DNA of 64,000 bases. Source: Oopsacas minuta (Eukaryota; Animalia; Porifera). Position numbers and translations under genes: made by a program. The DNA lies in the NCBI GenBank assembly GCA_024704765.1, contig JAKMXF010000358.1, positions 62,001 to 126,000 of the forward strand, in the 5' to 3' direction. Each line of letters opens with the position of its first letter. Position 1 is the stretch's first letter. The notes under the pieces were generated by a model. It was not told the DNA's origin, searched no databases, and was given only the letters and a program-made list of their open reading frames with translations. Shown piece after piece: positions 1 to 10,404 of the stretch.

Positions 1-152
1 GTGGATGGTGTCTCCACGAACCCCACAAATACTTCAATCGGTGTGAATTGATTGTCCACGTATCTAATACTGTAACTCGTTTGTTCTTTATTTTTTATAT
101 CAGTAGTTTCGTCAATAATTACGCCGAATATCATTGGAATGACTCCCTTACG

Positions 153-563
153 CAGAGTTGCACGCGGGCCAAGCCAAAACTTTCGCGGGCCTTGTGGGCC
201 GGGCACAACACACCATGATTACGACCGATCTGAACTGTTTTTTATTGTCACGACTAGAGTACCAATTAGGGAATACGTAAGTAAATGAAACTAAGTAATG
301 TAAGTCTTCACATTAATGCATCAGTTTTCAGAAACTCAGTTCCTGGTATGGATTCCTAATTTGACCCTCCACCTGACAATTAATTACAAACACATTAAAA
401 TTTAGTATATATCATTTTGACTAATTATATATTAATACAAGTAAATAGCTAACTTTCATTTTAATATTTAAGCGTTTACATAGATTGTTTATTTAGAAGT
501 TTTATGCGCGACGAAAAGATTTGTGCGGGCCTGAGTTACGAATTTTGGCCCGCGTGCACTCTG
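153..563. mobile_element. hAT-type MITE
   Basis: TIRs CAGAGT(T)GCACGCGGGCCAA ... TTGGCCCGCGTGCACTCTG. Flanks CCCTTACG and CCCTCACG form a 7/8-matching 8-bp TSD. Confidence 0.7.
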
Positions 564-1413
564 CCCTCACGTTATTTAGAATAGGTCTAAGAACATCATC
601 ATGAAGCAACTGGAGGATTTCATTAAGTGAGTCTGCAAATAACCATGTCTGAGAACGCCTCAAACCCGTCCTCGTTTCTAGCGACCTTTCTGAGGATCTG
701 TTTCAAGTTTCCTTCCTCGACATTATACCCATAGAGTTGTATGTTCTGCCTGGATAACGTGAGAATTGTGTTGATCACGCATTTAATCGCTACACGTCCC
801 TGTATCCTCGGAATCTTTTTCGTTGCATATAGCTGCACATCTATTCCCTGAACTTTTCCCACAAATATCGTCTTTGCTTTGACTGCTTCGAGATGAGGAG
901 CTGACGCCTCATGTTGGTGAAACACGTGTGACTTCTCAAGGGCAAGTCATTGAAGCCACTGACTGTGAGAGTGTCTCTAACTTTCTTGGTCGCATACGAT
1001 ACGGAATTAGAACCAATTATTGGGAATATTTTACGATTACATCAAAGTATAAATATATTGTCGGTATTTTTAAGATATTACACGGAAAGTTCATTACGAA
1101 TTTACAACTACCTCATCCATAAATTGTGCGGGTCGTACTCCTCCAACCTTGAAGTCTAGGGGGGTCGAACCTCGAAAAAAATGAAAGTTGGCGCCTATGA
1201 TCAGCCAATTCGATTTATATATTTTACACGATTCTATGTACAGTATATGGTTTATTGATTATTGCGATAAACACAGTAATATGACGTCTCGGGATTGGAT
1301 TTCCGCATACCATAATTCCTTCAACAATTGGGATTTGTAATAGTATATTAGTATTACTAGAATCTGTATTGAATTTATTTACTTTTAAGCTCTATAACAG
1401 GTTTAATACATAG

Positions 1414-2427
1414 ATGGCATGTAATGCAGAGAAAGAAGCAGAAAATCAACACGATGAGAGTATGGGTCCTATTCCCATAAGCAAGCTCGAATCTCGTGGT
1501 GTAAGTACAGGAGACATCAAAAGACTGCAAGAGGTAGGGTACCATACAATAGAGTCTGTTGCATTTGCACCCAAGAAGCAATTGATTGTGATCAAAGGGA
1601 TTAGTGAAGCGAAAGCAGACAAAATCTTGTCCGAAGCGAGTAAACTCATTCCTATGGGATTCACTACAGCCACAGAATATCATCTGAGACGAGCTGACAT
1701 TGTACAGCTGACAACTGGCAGCTCAGAGCTGGACAAGCTATTAAGTGGGGGAATTGAGACAGGATCCATCACAGAAATGTTTGGGGAGTTTCGAACTGGA
1801 AAAACACAGCTCTGTCACACACTAGCTGTCACTTGTCAGCTCCCCATAGACATGGGAGGTGGGGAAGGCAAGTGTCTCTACATCGACACAGAAGGTACAT
1901 TCCGTCCAGAGCGAATGCTGGCTGTGGCTGAGAGATACAAGATGTCTGGAAAAGATGTATTGGAGAATGTAGCGTATGCCAGAGCTTACAACACTGACCA
2001 TCAATTCCAACTGTTGATACAAGCTAGCGGTATGATGTCGGAGAGTAGATATGCTCTCATAATAGTAGACAGTGCTACTTCTCTCTACAGGACCGATTAC
2101 TCAGGGAGAGGAGAGCTCTCTGCTAGACAGATGCATCTGGCTCGGTTCTTAAGAGCTCTACAGAGAATGGCAGATGAGTTTGGAATTGCGGTTGTTATCA
2201 CTAATCAGGTGGTAGCGCAGGTGGATGGAGCTGCTAGCATGTTCTCTGTTGATCCGAAGAAGCCAATTGGTGGAAATATTATCGCTCATGCCTCTACAAC
2301 AAGACTCTACCTTAGAAAAGGTCGCGCTGAATCCAGAATCTGTAAAATTTATGATTCCCCTTGTCTTCCAGAGAGCGAAGCTGTCTTTGCAATTCTCCCA
2401 GATGGAATCGGAGACGTGAAAGACTGA
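1414..2427 (+). CDS. RAD51: DNA repair recombinase RAD51, intronless, 337 aa
   Basis: Walker A GEFRTGKT, Walker B region [38 protein letters not shown] and [23 protein letters not shown] match eukaryotic RAD51. N-terminal HhH domain is present. Confidence 0.98.
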   Translation: MACNAEKEAENQHDESMGPIPISKLESRGVSTGDIKRLQEVGYHTIESVAFAPKKQLIVIKGISEAKADKILSEASKLIPMGFTTATEYHLRRADIVQLTTGSSELDKLLSGGIETGSITEMFGEFRTGKTQLCHTLAVTCQLPIDMGGGEGKCLYIDTEGTFRPERMLAVAERYKMSGKDVLENVAYARAYNTDHQFQLLIQASGMMSESRYALIIVDSATSLYRTDYSGRGELSARQMHLARFLRALQRMADEFGIAVVITNQVVAQVDGAASMFSVDPKKPIGGNIIAHASTTRLYLRKGRAESRICKIYDSPCLPESEAVFAILPDGIGDVKD

Positions 2428-3987
2428 CCATTTCTACTAGCTGTTTGGTAAACTGATCACTTGTTAACTGATTTCAACTCTCCTATCTTAATGCGAATGC
2501 CGAGAGCATTGAAAGCTTTTATCCTACAAACTATATGCATCTTTTGAATTGTTCCTATTATTGTTGAGTATTCAAATATTGCTTGTTGCTAAAACCTCTG
2601 CACAATTCTATTATCTTATTTCTTCCAGCTGGGTTAATACTCAATAGTAGTTATTTAAGTGTATAAGTGTAATGCTCGGGATAATAGTATAACGAATGGC
2701 GGACATTTAGTCGGGATATTAATCGATAAGTATATTCCGGAAGTATTAAATAATAAAACGGTCAAAAATTTTAATATATGCTGTATTATATGAAATAAAT
2801 AAATAAGTGTATTATATTATATAACAGAGATAAGTGTATTATATGTATAGTTTAAAATTGAAAGTTGTGTGCTATCCCTCTTAAATAGGAGAGAGTTTCC
2901 CTATTGTCATAATTTTGCGACAAGACTTAAAATTCAGCTTCTCCACCTTGAACAAAGCGACGACGCTAGATAATCCTGTCAACATCCATTTTCTAGCATC
3001 TTCTTAGTCAGTTCTAAATACTCAAGCGCAACTCACAGCTTTCAGATCCTTCTACAATCACATCAAAATTCTTCACTGCTATCCATTCAGCCTACTCAAA
3101 TGCTCATGCTCCATCTTGTCTGACGACTATAAGTCCGGCGACAAAGTGTCCGATTACCTAGTATAACTACTCTATTAGATTACAGGTTGACTTCAAGATG
3201 TGGCATTATCGGGAGCATAGGCGGAAAATGGGAGTAAATGCTTGTGTCGCATTTGGGAAGTTTACTTGTATTTCTTTGAACAAGATTTTAAAATTTTCAA
3301 GCACAAATCTTTAATTTGTATTGTGGGATTTGTTGAATTAATCGAATCCTCCAACTCCCAGGACACGGGACTTATAGATATTGCTTGTATATAGCACGAT
3401 TATACGGGACATTGGTACATATAACTCAGGCTTGTCATAAGTTTATGTCATTATCAGGTAATTCCGAGTGTGTTCAGCTCATTTTCAGGCTTCATGGAAT
3501 TTTTGGTATTATTTCTTCTCTAATAATCTTACCTTGCTAATCTTGTCACTTACCTCGTAAATTGAATTGGATCACTTTCATATTACTGTCAACTAGTTGC
3601 GGGTAAGATATATCTTCAATGTAATAGGCTCTCATCAAAATATATACTGAGTAAAAACTGGCAGTGTATCCATCCATCCCTTAGAGTATGATTTCCCCAT
3701 TTCTAAGTTAATTCATTGCACTCAATTGATTGTTAAATGACCTGAAATTGACCTGACTAATCTTGAGACCTGACCTGACCTGACTACGTAGGACCTTTTG
3801 ACAAGCCCGAATTTTAACTTATCGTATCATTTCCTAGATAATTCCAATCAGCTTTTAGGAAATGTAACTACCTTTGGTTAAACGTGATAATATCCGAGAT
3901 TTAGTAAACCAGAATATTACATTCTATAATATATTTATTACTTACATCATATATTATTAGTTTCGCATAGCAGAATTCTTTGTTTAT

Positions 3988-4512
3988 ATGTCTGAAGATA
4001 GTTCTGTAACTACATCAGGCTGGAATGATCCGCCTTCTTTTCTCTACACTACTAATATGCACGATCCTATTTCAATACACTCCATTCCCAAACCTATTCT
4101 GCTTCCTTGGACACAGAATGATACACAACAACTACAACCACAACAACAACAATTACAATCACAAAATTATATTCCCTTTAATACAGTAAAAACGCAGTCA
4201 ACTAAATCATCCTTTATTGACATTTTCAGAAAATCTCTTACAGATAATAACCATAAGTTTAAACCAACTATTCTGTCAAATTTGACTTCAAAACTCGACA
4301 TGCTTGAATCTTCATTGCAAGAAAATATATTGCCAAGTCCAGTAGTGCAGGTGTTAAACGAGTTAGCAGAATATATTTTAAATAAAGACTTCAATAAAGC
4401 TTATCAATTGCACATTTTTCTGCTAGCTGATTTCCCTACTCATGTCAATGGTTGGATTCTAGCTATCAAAAAGATCATATTAGCATATCAGGATTCAAGA
4501 GTAGTTATGTAA
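3988..4512 (+). CDS. SRA1: Steroid receptor RNA activator 1 protein (SRA1/SRAP) homolog
   Basis: N-terminal GWNDPP motif plus a C-terminal helical domain ending ...AYQLHIFLLADFPTHVNGWILAIKKII, typical of the SRA1/Sec31-like domain. Confidence 0.8.
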   Translation: MSEDSSVTTSGWNDPPSFLYTTNMHDPISIHSIPKPILLPWTQNDTQQLQPQQQQLQSQNYIPFNTVKTQSTKSSFIDIFRKSLTDNNHKFKPTILSNLTSKLDMLESSLQENILPSPVVQVLNELAEYILNKDFNKAYQLHIFLLADFPTHVNGWILAIKKIILAYQDSRVVM

Positions 4513-4770
4513 TTCTCTTAATAGATGTATGTGTTTATTAGGTTAATTAATATACTGTTAGTGATGGTTCAGTATTATGGTCGTTATGAGGTGCATCTCA
4601 CGTCTGTATCTACTACGTCTATATACCCACAACATGTAGATAGTTATTATGGGGATTTTGTATTATTACGCACAACCACTGGTTTCGTGTTTTATTCAAT
4701 GGTTAGGGACATGATTCTGCTAATTTCGTATGTGCCCGTGCGATTCAATGGTTGAACAGATTTAGAAATA

Positions 4771-4921
4771 CAGTACAACCTCGATTATCCGGAATGTTCG
4801 ATTATCTGAACATCCCAACTGGTCCCAGTTCCCATTCCACGATGAATAATTGTATAAACTACCTCGATTATCCGGTCGCTTGGACCGGTCCCAAAGAATT
4901 TGGATAATCAAGGTTGCACCG
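4771..4921. mobile_element. Tigger/pogo-like MITE
   Basis: TA|CAGTACAACCTCGATTATCC ... GGATAATCAAGGTTGCACCG|TA. Confidence 0.6.
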
Positions 4922-5283
4922 TATTATAATATTCGCTATAAATTTTGCCTGTAGTACTCGAAATTTAGATGGTAACTTCGCTGAGAAAATCTCTTCTTAT
5001 GACAATATTTATATTTCATTCATATTATACCGTTTATTCAATATACTATGCATTTACAGCTACTATACGTATATGTATTTTCTGGTCGGATTGAGACCAG
5101 TGCTCCGTTGAATACTAAGCCAACTCATCTCAAATGCCCCTTATGATTGCTTGCTCTAATGTTCAGTAAATAGTAGACTGCTTAATAGAGCCATCGGTTA
5201 ATCGGGTCAAATGGTCTGGTCGCGATGTGACCCTATTGAGTGGAGTCTACTTACTGTATATCTGTATAGTTAATAATGTAGAT

Positions 5284-6252
5284 ATGTTATCAGTTAGAGT
5301 TTTTCAAGTTAACTCACATTTCTTAGTGAAGCACAAAAGATTTTATGCAAATTCATTTGCATATGCAATTTTCCGCACTTTTGAGTTTCCATCCAGTTGT
5401 ATTGAATCCTTGCTATCGGCAACACATTCTGCATTCCATATACCATGGTGGGTCGTCATAGCAACGACTACTTTAACAATAAGAGCTGTGGTAACTCTCC
5501 CTCTTCATATTCATTTGCAAAAGAACCAAGCAAAGGTTGAAGTAGCATTTGCAGAAGTAGATGCCTTCAGGCAACCTTTAGAACATAGAATAATCGCTAA
5601 ATGTAGAAATGAAGGTTTACATATTGATATAGCCAACAAGAAACTCAAGCAAGCATTTCATGAATTGAAAGGTGATATACTAGCCAAACATCATATTAAT
5701 ATGAAATATTATCGAATAAAGGCTTATTTATCTCCCTTCATACAACTCCCTTTATTCATATCAATCTCTCTTGCCATCAGGAACCTAACTGGTGCACTAC
5801 CTGACTGGTATAAAGTAACCTCAATAATTCCTTCAATGAAAGAAGAAGGATTAGGTTGGTTCCATGACTTGACACTAGCAGACCCTTATTACTTAATGCC
5901 AGGAATAATCTTAGTATCAAATTTGCTGAATATTTCCATTTACTCCAAGCAGGTACAAAAGCGTAGTATAGCTCTTGCTATTGTCCATAACTTCTTCAGA
6001 TTCATGACAATTGCAATGGCTAGTGCTTCTACACAATTGCCTGCTGGTATAGCGTTATACTGGATGTTATCCAGCTGTTATGGCCTCTTTCAGAATGTAT
6101 TATTTAAGTATTCCAGAGTCAGAAGAATTTTTGGGATTCCAAAATCGAAATCTGAATCAGAAAATCCAATTCGTGACCTTCTACACACTTACAAATCTGA
6201 ATGGACTGGGTTCTTACAGAAACAGAGAGATTATCATTCTCAATTAAAATAA
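5284..6252 (+). CDS. COX18: Mitochondrial inner-membrane insertase COX18 (Oxa1/YidC family)
   Basis: PWWVVIATTTLTIRAVVTLPL, FIQLPLFISISLAIRNL, GLGWFHDLTLADPYYLMP and LPAGIALYWMLSSCYGLFQN motifs. The first ATG is at 5284; the ORF track used an upstream GTG at 5227. Confidence 0.85.
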   Translation: MLSVRVFQVNSHFLVKHKRFYANSFAYAIFRTFEFPSSCIESLLSATHSAFHIPWWVVIATTTLTIRAVVTLPLHIHLQKNQAKVEVAFAEVDAFRQPLEHRIIAKCRNEGLHIDIANKKLKQAFHELKGDILAKHHINMKYYRIKAYLSPFIQLPLFISISLAIRNLTGALPDWYKVTSIIPSMKEEGLGWFHDLTLADPYYLMPGIILVSNLLNISIYSKQVQKRSIALAIVHNFFRFMTIAMASASTQLPAGIALYWMLSSCYGLFQNVLFKYSRVRRIFGIPKSKSESENPIRDLLHTYKSEWTGFLQKQRDYHSQLK

Positions 6253-6365
6253 ATACAATAATTGATAGCCTATAAATCATTTAATCTGTATTACAATTTT
6301 AATTTTATATACTACAGTCGACTACCGTTAATTCGATAATAATCAACACAAGTCTACCCATTTCT

Positions 6366-6914
6366 AGAGCTATGATAAACGAACACTAGTGCGTCTTAGA
6401 TTCCAGGATTATTATCAAGTGATCTAAGGATGTTTATACATACAAATTTGGAATTATAAAGTTGTCACGTCAATGAGTTATACTTGATACCATGGATGGC
6501 ACATTTTTGGCCAATATCCACTTATACCTCCATAGCCGCTGAGGTTATAGTTAAACAACCAATATATTCTGCATACCCAACTTTCCATGCCCTTGTAACA
6601 CATATTGATAAGATATGTCGAAGCAATTATGTAATCTTGATAACGACCATGCCACATCGGTTAGAAAAATCGTATCAAAATGTATTAGAAGGGTATAGGA
6701 AGTTGGGCATCTTTTGGCTGGAATGATTTGACTAAAACTATCCCGACTATGAGTTATAAGTGGATATTGTCCAAAAATGTGTCATCCATGGTATCTAGTT
6801 TAACTCAATAGCGTGACAACTTTTTAATTCCAAATTTGTATGTATAAACAGCCTTAGATCATTTGATAATAATCCTGAAATCAAAGACACACTAGTGTTC
6901 CTTTATCAGAGCTT
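6366..6914. mobile_element. Fold-back MITE with long imperfect TIRs
   Basis: AGAGCTATGATAAACGAACACTAGTG...TTTATACATACAAATTTGGAATTA is mirrored by TAATTCCAAATTTGTATGTATAAAC...CACTAGTGTTCCTTTATCAGAGCT. A related copy lies at ~26225-26780. Confidence 0.65.
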
Positions 6915-7027
6915 TAAAAATGTGGAGATTTTTTACAACATATTGCCCATTTAACCAACTGATGACGTCATTTTGAACTGAAGAATAGGAATAGTTATAA
7001 TCAGTGAAATATCTATAGCTACGATGT

Positions 7028-7054
7028 CACAGTGTGGCAATATGGGGAAATAGG
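7028..7054 (+). repeat. Left TIR: RSS-type heptamer + 12-bp spacer + GAAATAGG
   Basis: CACAGTG TGGCAATATGGG GAAATAGG, read directly. Confidence 0.9.
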
Positions 7055-7700
7055 CATATTTTAAAAAACATATTTCAATGCATTTTTCGAATTCTCCATA
7101 GTTCAATTAGTACGAAAATATCATTGGCAGCATTAGAAGCAGTTAGGAATCCTAACTACGCACAACTTTGTTATGTGTTTCTAATAATAGAAATATATAT
7201 TTTCAAACCTCAAATTCCTATGCCCTAATGTATGTAATCATATTTGATGTAAATACTAAATATAAGAGTGAAAAACATCTTCTGATAATAAATCTATATT
7301 GTAACAACAATTTAATCATTGATAGGTTAGTCTAGATATTCATTTGTACTTTTTTCCGGGTGTCTAGTTTGGCCCTCCCAAAGTTATAATTTGGAATTTT
7401 TTCTCATTGATTGAAGTGTAGCATCTCTTGTTTGACAAAATTTGACAAAACGTTATTAATATATAAGTAATGTTACTATATTTAGTCAACTATTTAATCA
7501 CTTTCCAGGCTTGCCAAAAGCTGCCCAAAAATTTATCACGTCATTCATTGTCCGGACCGGACAAAAATCCGGAAAATATATTTTTCATACGTTTTAAATT
7601 TTTTCAGTAAAATTCTATATTTTGCTGGTTATTAGTTATTCCAATACTCTACAATCATATATCATAATGTTTCTATGTTAAAGTAGCCCTTTTGCGGATC

Positions 7701-9832
7701 ATGTCTGTACTAATCACCAACAATGAGGCATATAGTTTGTATATTTCGAATGGAAGAAGTGTTACAGTCTCTGTTAGGAAACTTATTGAGAACAACCATT
7801 TATCCGAAGAAGAAACTGCTACTCTTCATTTAAAATTTAAATCACTTCTAACATCCAGAGAGGCTTACCGCAGGAAGGATCTTGAAACATGGGATAATAT
7901 GATTTTCCACTCTACTCATCTAACAATATCCAATCCAAGAAAGAGAATATCGCTTGATCCTGAATTTTCTTTAGTCACTGATTCTGAAAATCGAAACTTT
8001 TCAGAACAGATTGTAACTGAATCCCGGAAGCATATTCTCGAATGTCACATGAAGACTTCCAGATCGAGACTTGGTGTTCTTTTAGAGCATGTGGACTTTT
8101 TAGCAGAGAGAGAAAAGATTGAGCCTAAACAACTACTCGCTCTAGCTTTAGAATTAGTCTCAAATAAATCCTATGACCGTGATACTTCAGACATGTGCAG
8201 AGAAATAATTGATAAGGGATCTTTTAGCGGTGTATTGAACAAAGTACAAATCTCTAAATGTGCTTATATATTGGACAGATTAGAAATTGGGGCGAGTAAA
8301 TACACGAATCTGAAAAGAATTCTCAAAGGTGATGTTAAGCTTCCTTCCTATAAACTTGTCTCGCAATATCGTAGGGAAATAAGCCTAATAAATGAAATGG
8401 AAATAGTCAGAGACCCCGAAGCATTGTCAATTGGGACTTGCGTCTCTTATCATTCCATCCTTAGTCTGACCATTCAACGCTTGCTTTCAACATTAGACCC
8501 AGTTCCTGATTCACACTACCCACTCAAAATTAAGATATCTGATGGATTGGATGGCTCCGGTTGTCATCAAACCTATAACCAACAAAGCAACAATTCTGCA
8601 TTAAGCACAAAAACTTTCATTTTGTTCGGATTCAAAGTAATATCAATTACAGACACACTTGGAAATGACGTGTTCTATAACAGCTCACCCAACTCTCCGT
8701 TCTGCTTTAGGCCAGTAGCACTGATAGCTCTGAAAGAAGATTATTCTAGTGTAAAGCTTATCATGAATACAATAGTCAATCCTCAAACAGACCATATCAT
8801 ACAGGATGGGTTATCTCTTATTGGAGGCCATGCACAGGTCGAGATAGTCCGTTCCCTTTTTGATACCAAGATGGCAGGATTGCTGGATGGAGCTGGTGGG
8901 GCTTCTTGTCATCTGTGTACTGCAACGGATAGCCAAATTAAAAGTTTAGAATGGGCCCATTCTGGTTTCCCTATTAACAGACTAATTAGCGACGCTCGGC
9001 AACTTTTTGAAGAGGTTGATGAAGAAGATTACTTGAAACTCCCATCAAATCAACGTGTTGGTATTACGCATCAACCAACTTCTAACATCGATATTATAGC
9101 TGCATCTCCTTTGCATGCTTACCTTTTGTATTCAGGTGGTTCATGCTGTTGATATACCATCTTGATGCAGGACACAAGGTATGGGCGCCATCAAACTCGA
9201 AAGTAAATTTTTCCATGAAACGGGTTCGAGCTATACTCCAGGAAAGATGTAATTTCAGTGTCGATATCCCTTCAAGCCAGGGCGGCACTTCAACCACTGG
9301 TAACATTGCGCGAGACTGCTTTTTAAATAAGAGAGACTTTTTGACGTGGGCCACTTCTTCCATTAATCCTTCAGATAAAATATCATTAGAGAAGATCCAG
9401 ACAAATCTATCTGTTTTGTTAAGACTCCTCAACAGTGGTGACTTGATTAACTGTGACAAAATGCAAGAATTGTGCAAAGAAACGTACGAATTTATTCTAA
9501 TTGAGTACCCATGGGCAAGCATCACTCCATCTTTGCACAAGTTACTTGCCCATTCGTTTCTGTTAATAGGTGCTTATAATAATGGTAAGGGATTACAGAA
9601 TCTCTCTGAGGAATGTTTAGAATCCTGCAATAAATTTGTAAGGCGGTATCGGGAGAATCTTGCAAGAAAAAATTCTTTCACTGATAATGTTAGAGATATT
9701 TTAGTCAGGTTGTTATGTTGTAGTGACCCCATCTTAGTACAGAATCGTTTGATGCACGCAAAGAAGAAAAGAGACGTTGCAAATAGCCTCCAAGAGATAT
9801 TATATAATAGTATACTATCAGATGATTTATGA
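7701..9832 (+). pseudogene. RAG1L: RAG1-like/Transib DDE transposase (~710 aa if one frameshift at ~9123-9127 is repaired)
   Basis: NBD-like RKHILECHMKTSRSRLGVLLEHVDFLAERE; GLDGSG (D at 8550); PNSPFCFRPVAL; SLFDTK (D at 8862); Zn ligands CHLC and HKLLAH; SPLH; TTGNIARDCF; LSEECLESCNKFVRRYRENLARK (E at 9620). These align by eye with RAG1 D600/D708/E962 motifs. ORF-track pieces 7692-9152 and 9143-9832 join as ...HAYL-[1 nt missing]-VFRWFMLLIYH. Confidence 0.9.
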
Positions 9833-10102
9833 TAATAAGTATATCCAATAGTCATACATAATTAAGGGTCTTTAAATTGTACGTTATCAAATAGCAGAAT
9901 AGAGACCATGACATGCATGTATTATCAACTTTCATAATATCCTCACTAATGAACCACAAGTGTTAAAAATTAGAAAATGTCAGTAATTACGTCATAACTA
10001 GGTTTATAGTCGTGCTACTAAATAATCATTGGTATTTTTGAAATCTACAGTGTCGATTTAGTATATGTAAGTATAATTGTGGCGATAATACAGATTCATT
10101 TA

Positions 10103-10138
10103 CCTATTTCCCCATTATGGCCATTTTGCCACACTGTG
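10103..10138 (-). repeat. Right TIR: RSS-type heptamer + 21-bp spacer + GAAATAGG
   Basis: Reverse complement reads CACAGTG TGGCAAAATGGCCATAATGGG GAAATAGG. Confidence 0.9.
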
Positions 10139-10404
10139 GATGTCTGTGTCATTTTCTAAATCAAACGTAATTACTATAGCGTTTGGTATGTGTATTTCAT
10201 CTCTACTAGCGGGCTTTGCTTGCTATCTCGCTGCAGCTTAGTATCTTAGGTTAGCTTAAGTATTAAACAACTGGTCTAAAAGAGATTGTTGATAATTTTG
10301 CACAAAGTTTACAGCACTTTTAAATTGACGTATAAGCCCTCCCTTTATCTAATATTCACCGAGCTGCTGCTGAAAATCTCAAATTATAATTCATGCCAGC
10401 CTCT

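Larger units (their letters stand above)
7028..10138 (+). mobile_element. Complete RAG1-like/Transib-superfamily DNA transposon, 3,111 bp
   Basis: Begins CACAGTGTGGCAA (7028) and ends TTGCCACACTGTG (10138). Flanked by identical 5-bp GATGT (7023-7027 and 10139-10143). Contains a RAG1-core-like transposase. Confidence 0.95.

Noticed and set aside
2900-3200. Possible hAT transposase trace on the minus strand (QTRWS)
   Set aside because: One short motif among many stops is not enough support.
9120-9130. Programmed -1 ribosomal frameshift in the RAG1-like gene
   Set aside because: C-CTT-TTG is not a canonical X-XXY-YYZ slippery site and no clear downstream structure is visible. An indel is simpler.
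9574-9855. Antisense 93-aa ORF as a possible tail-to-tail RAG2-like gene
   Set aside because: It lies almost entirely opposite the transposase CDS, is far too short, and has no kelch or PHD features.
1414-10138. Functional link between RAD51 and the nearby RAG1-like element
   Set aside because: RAD51 lies outside the TIRs, separated by two unrelated genes, so proximity alone is no evidence.
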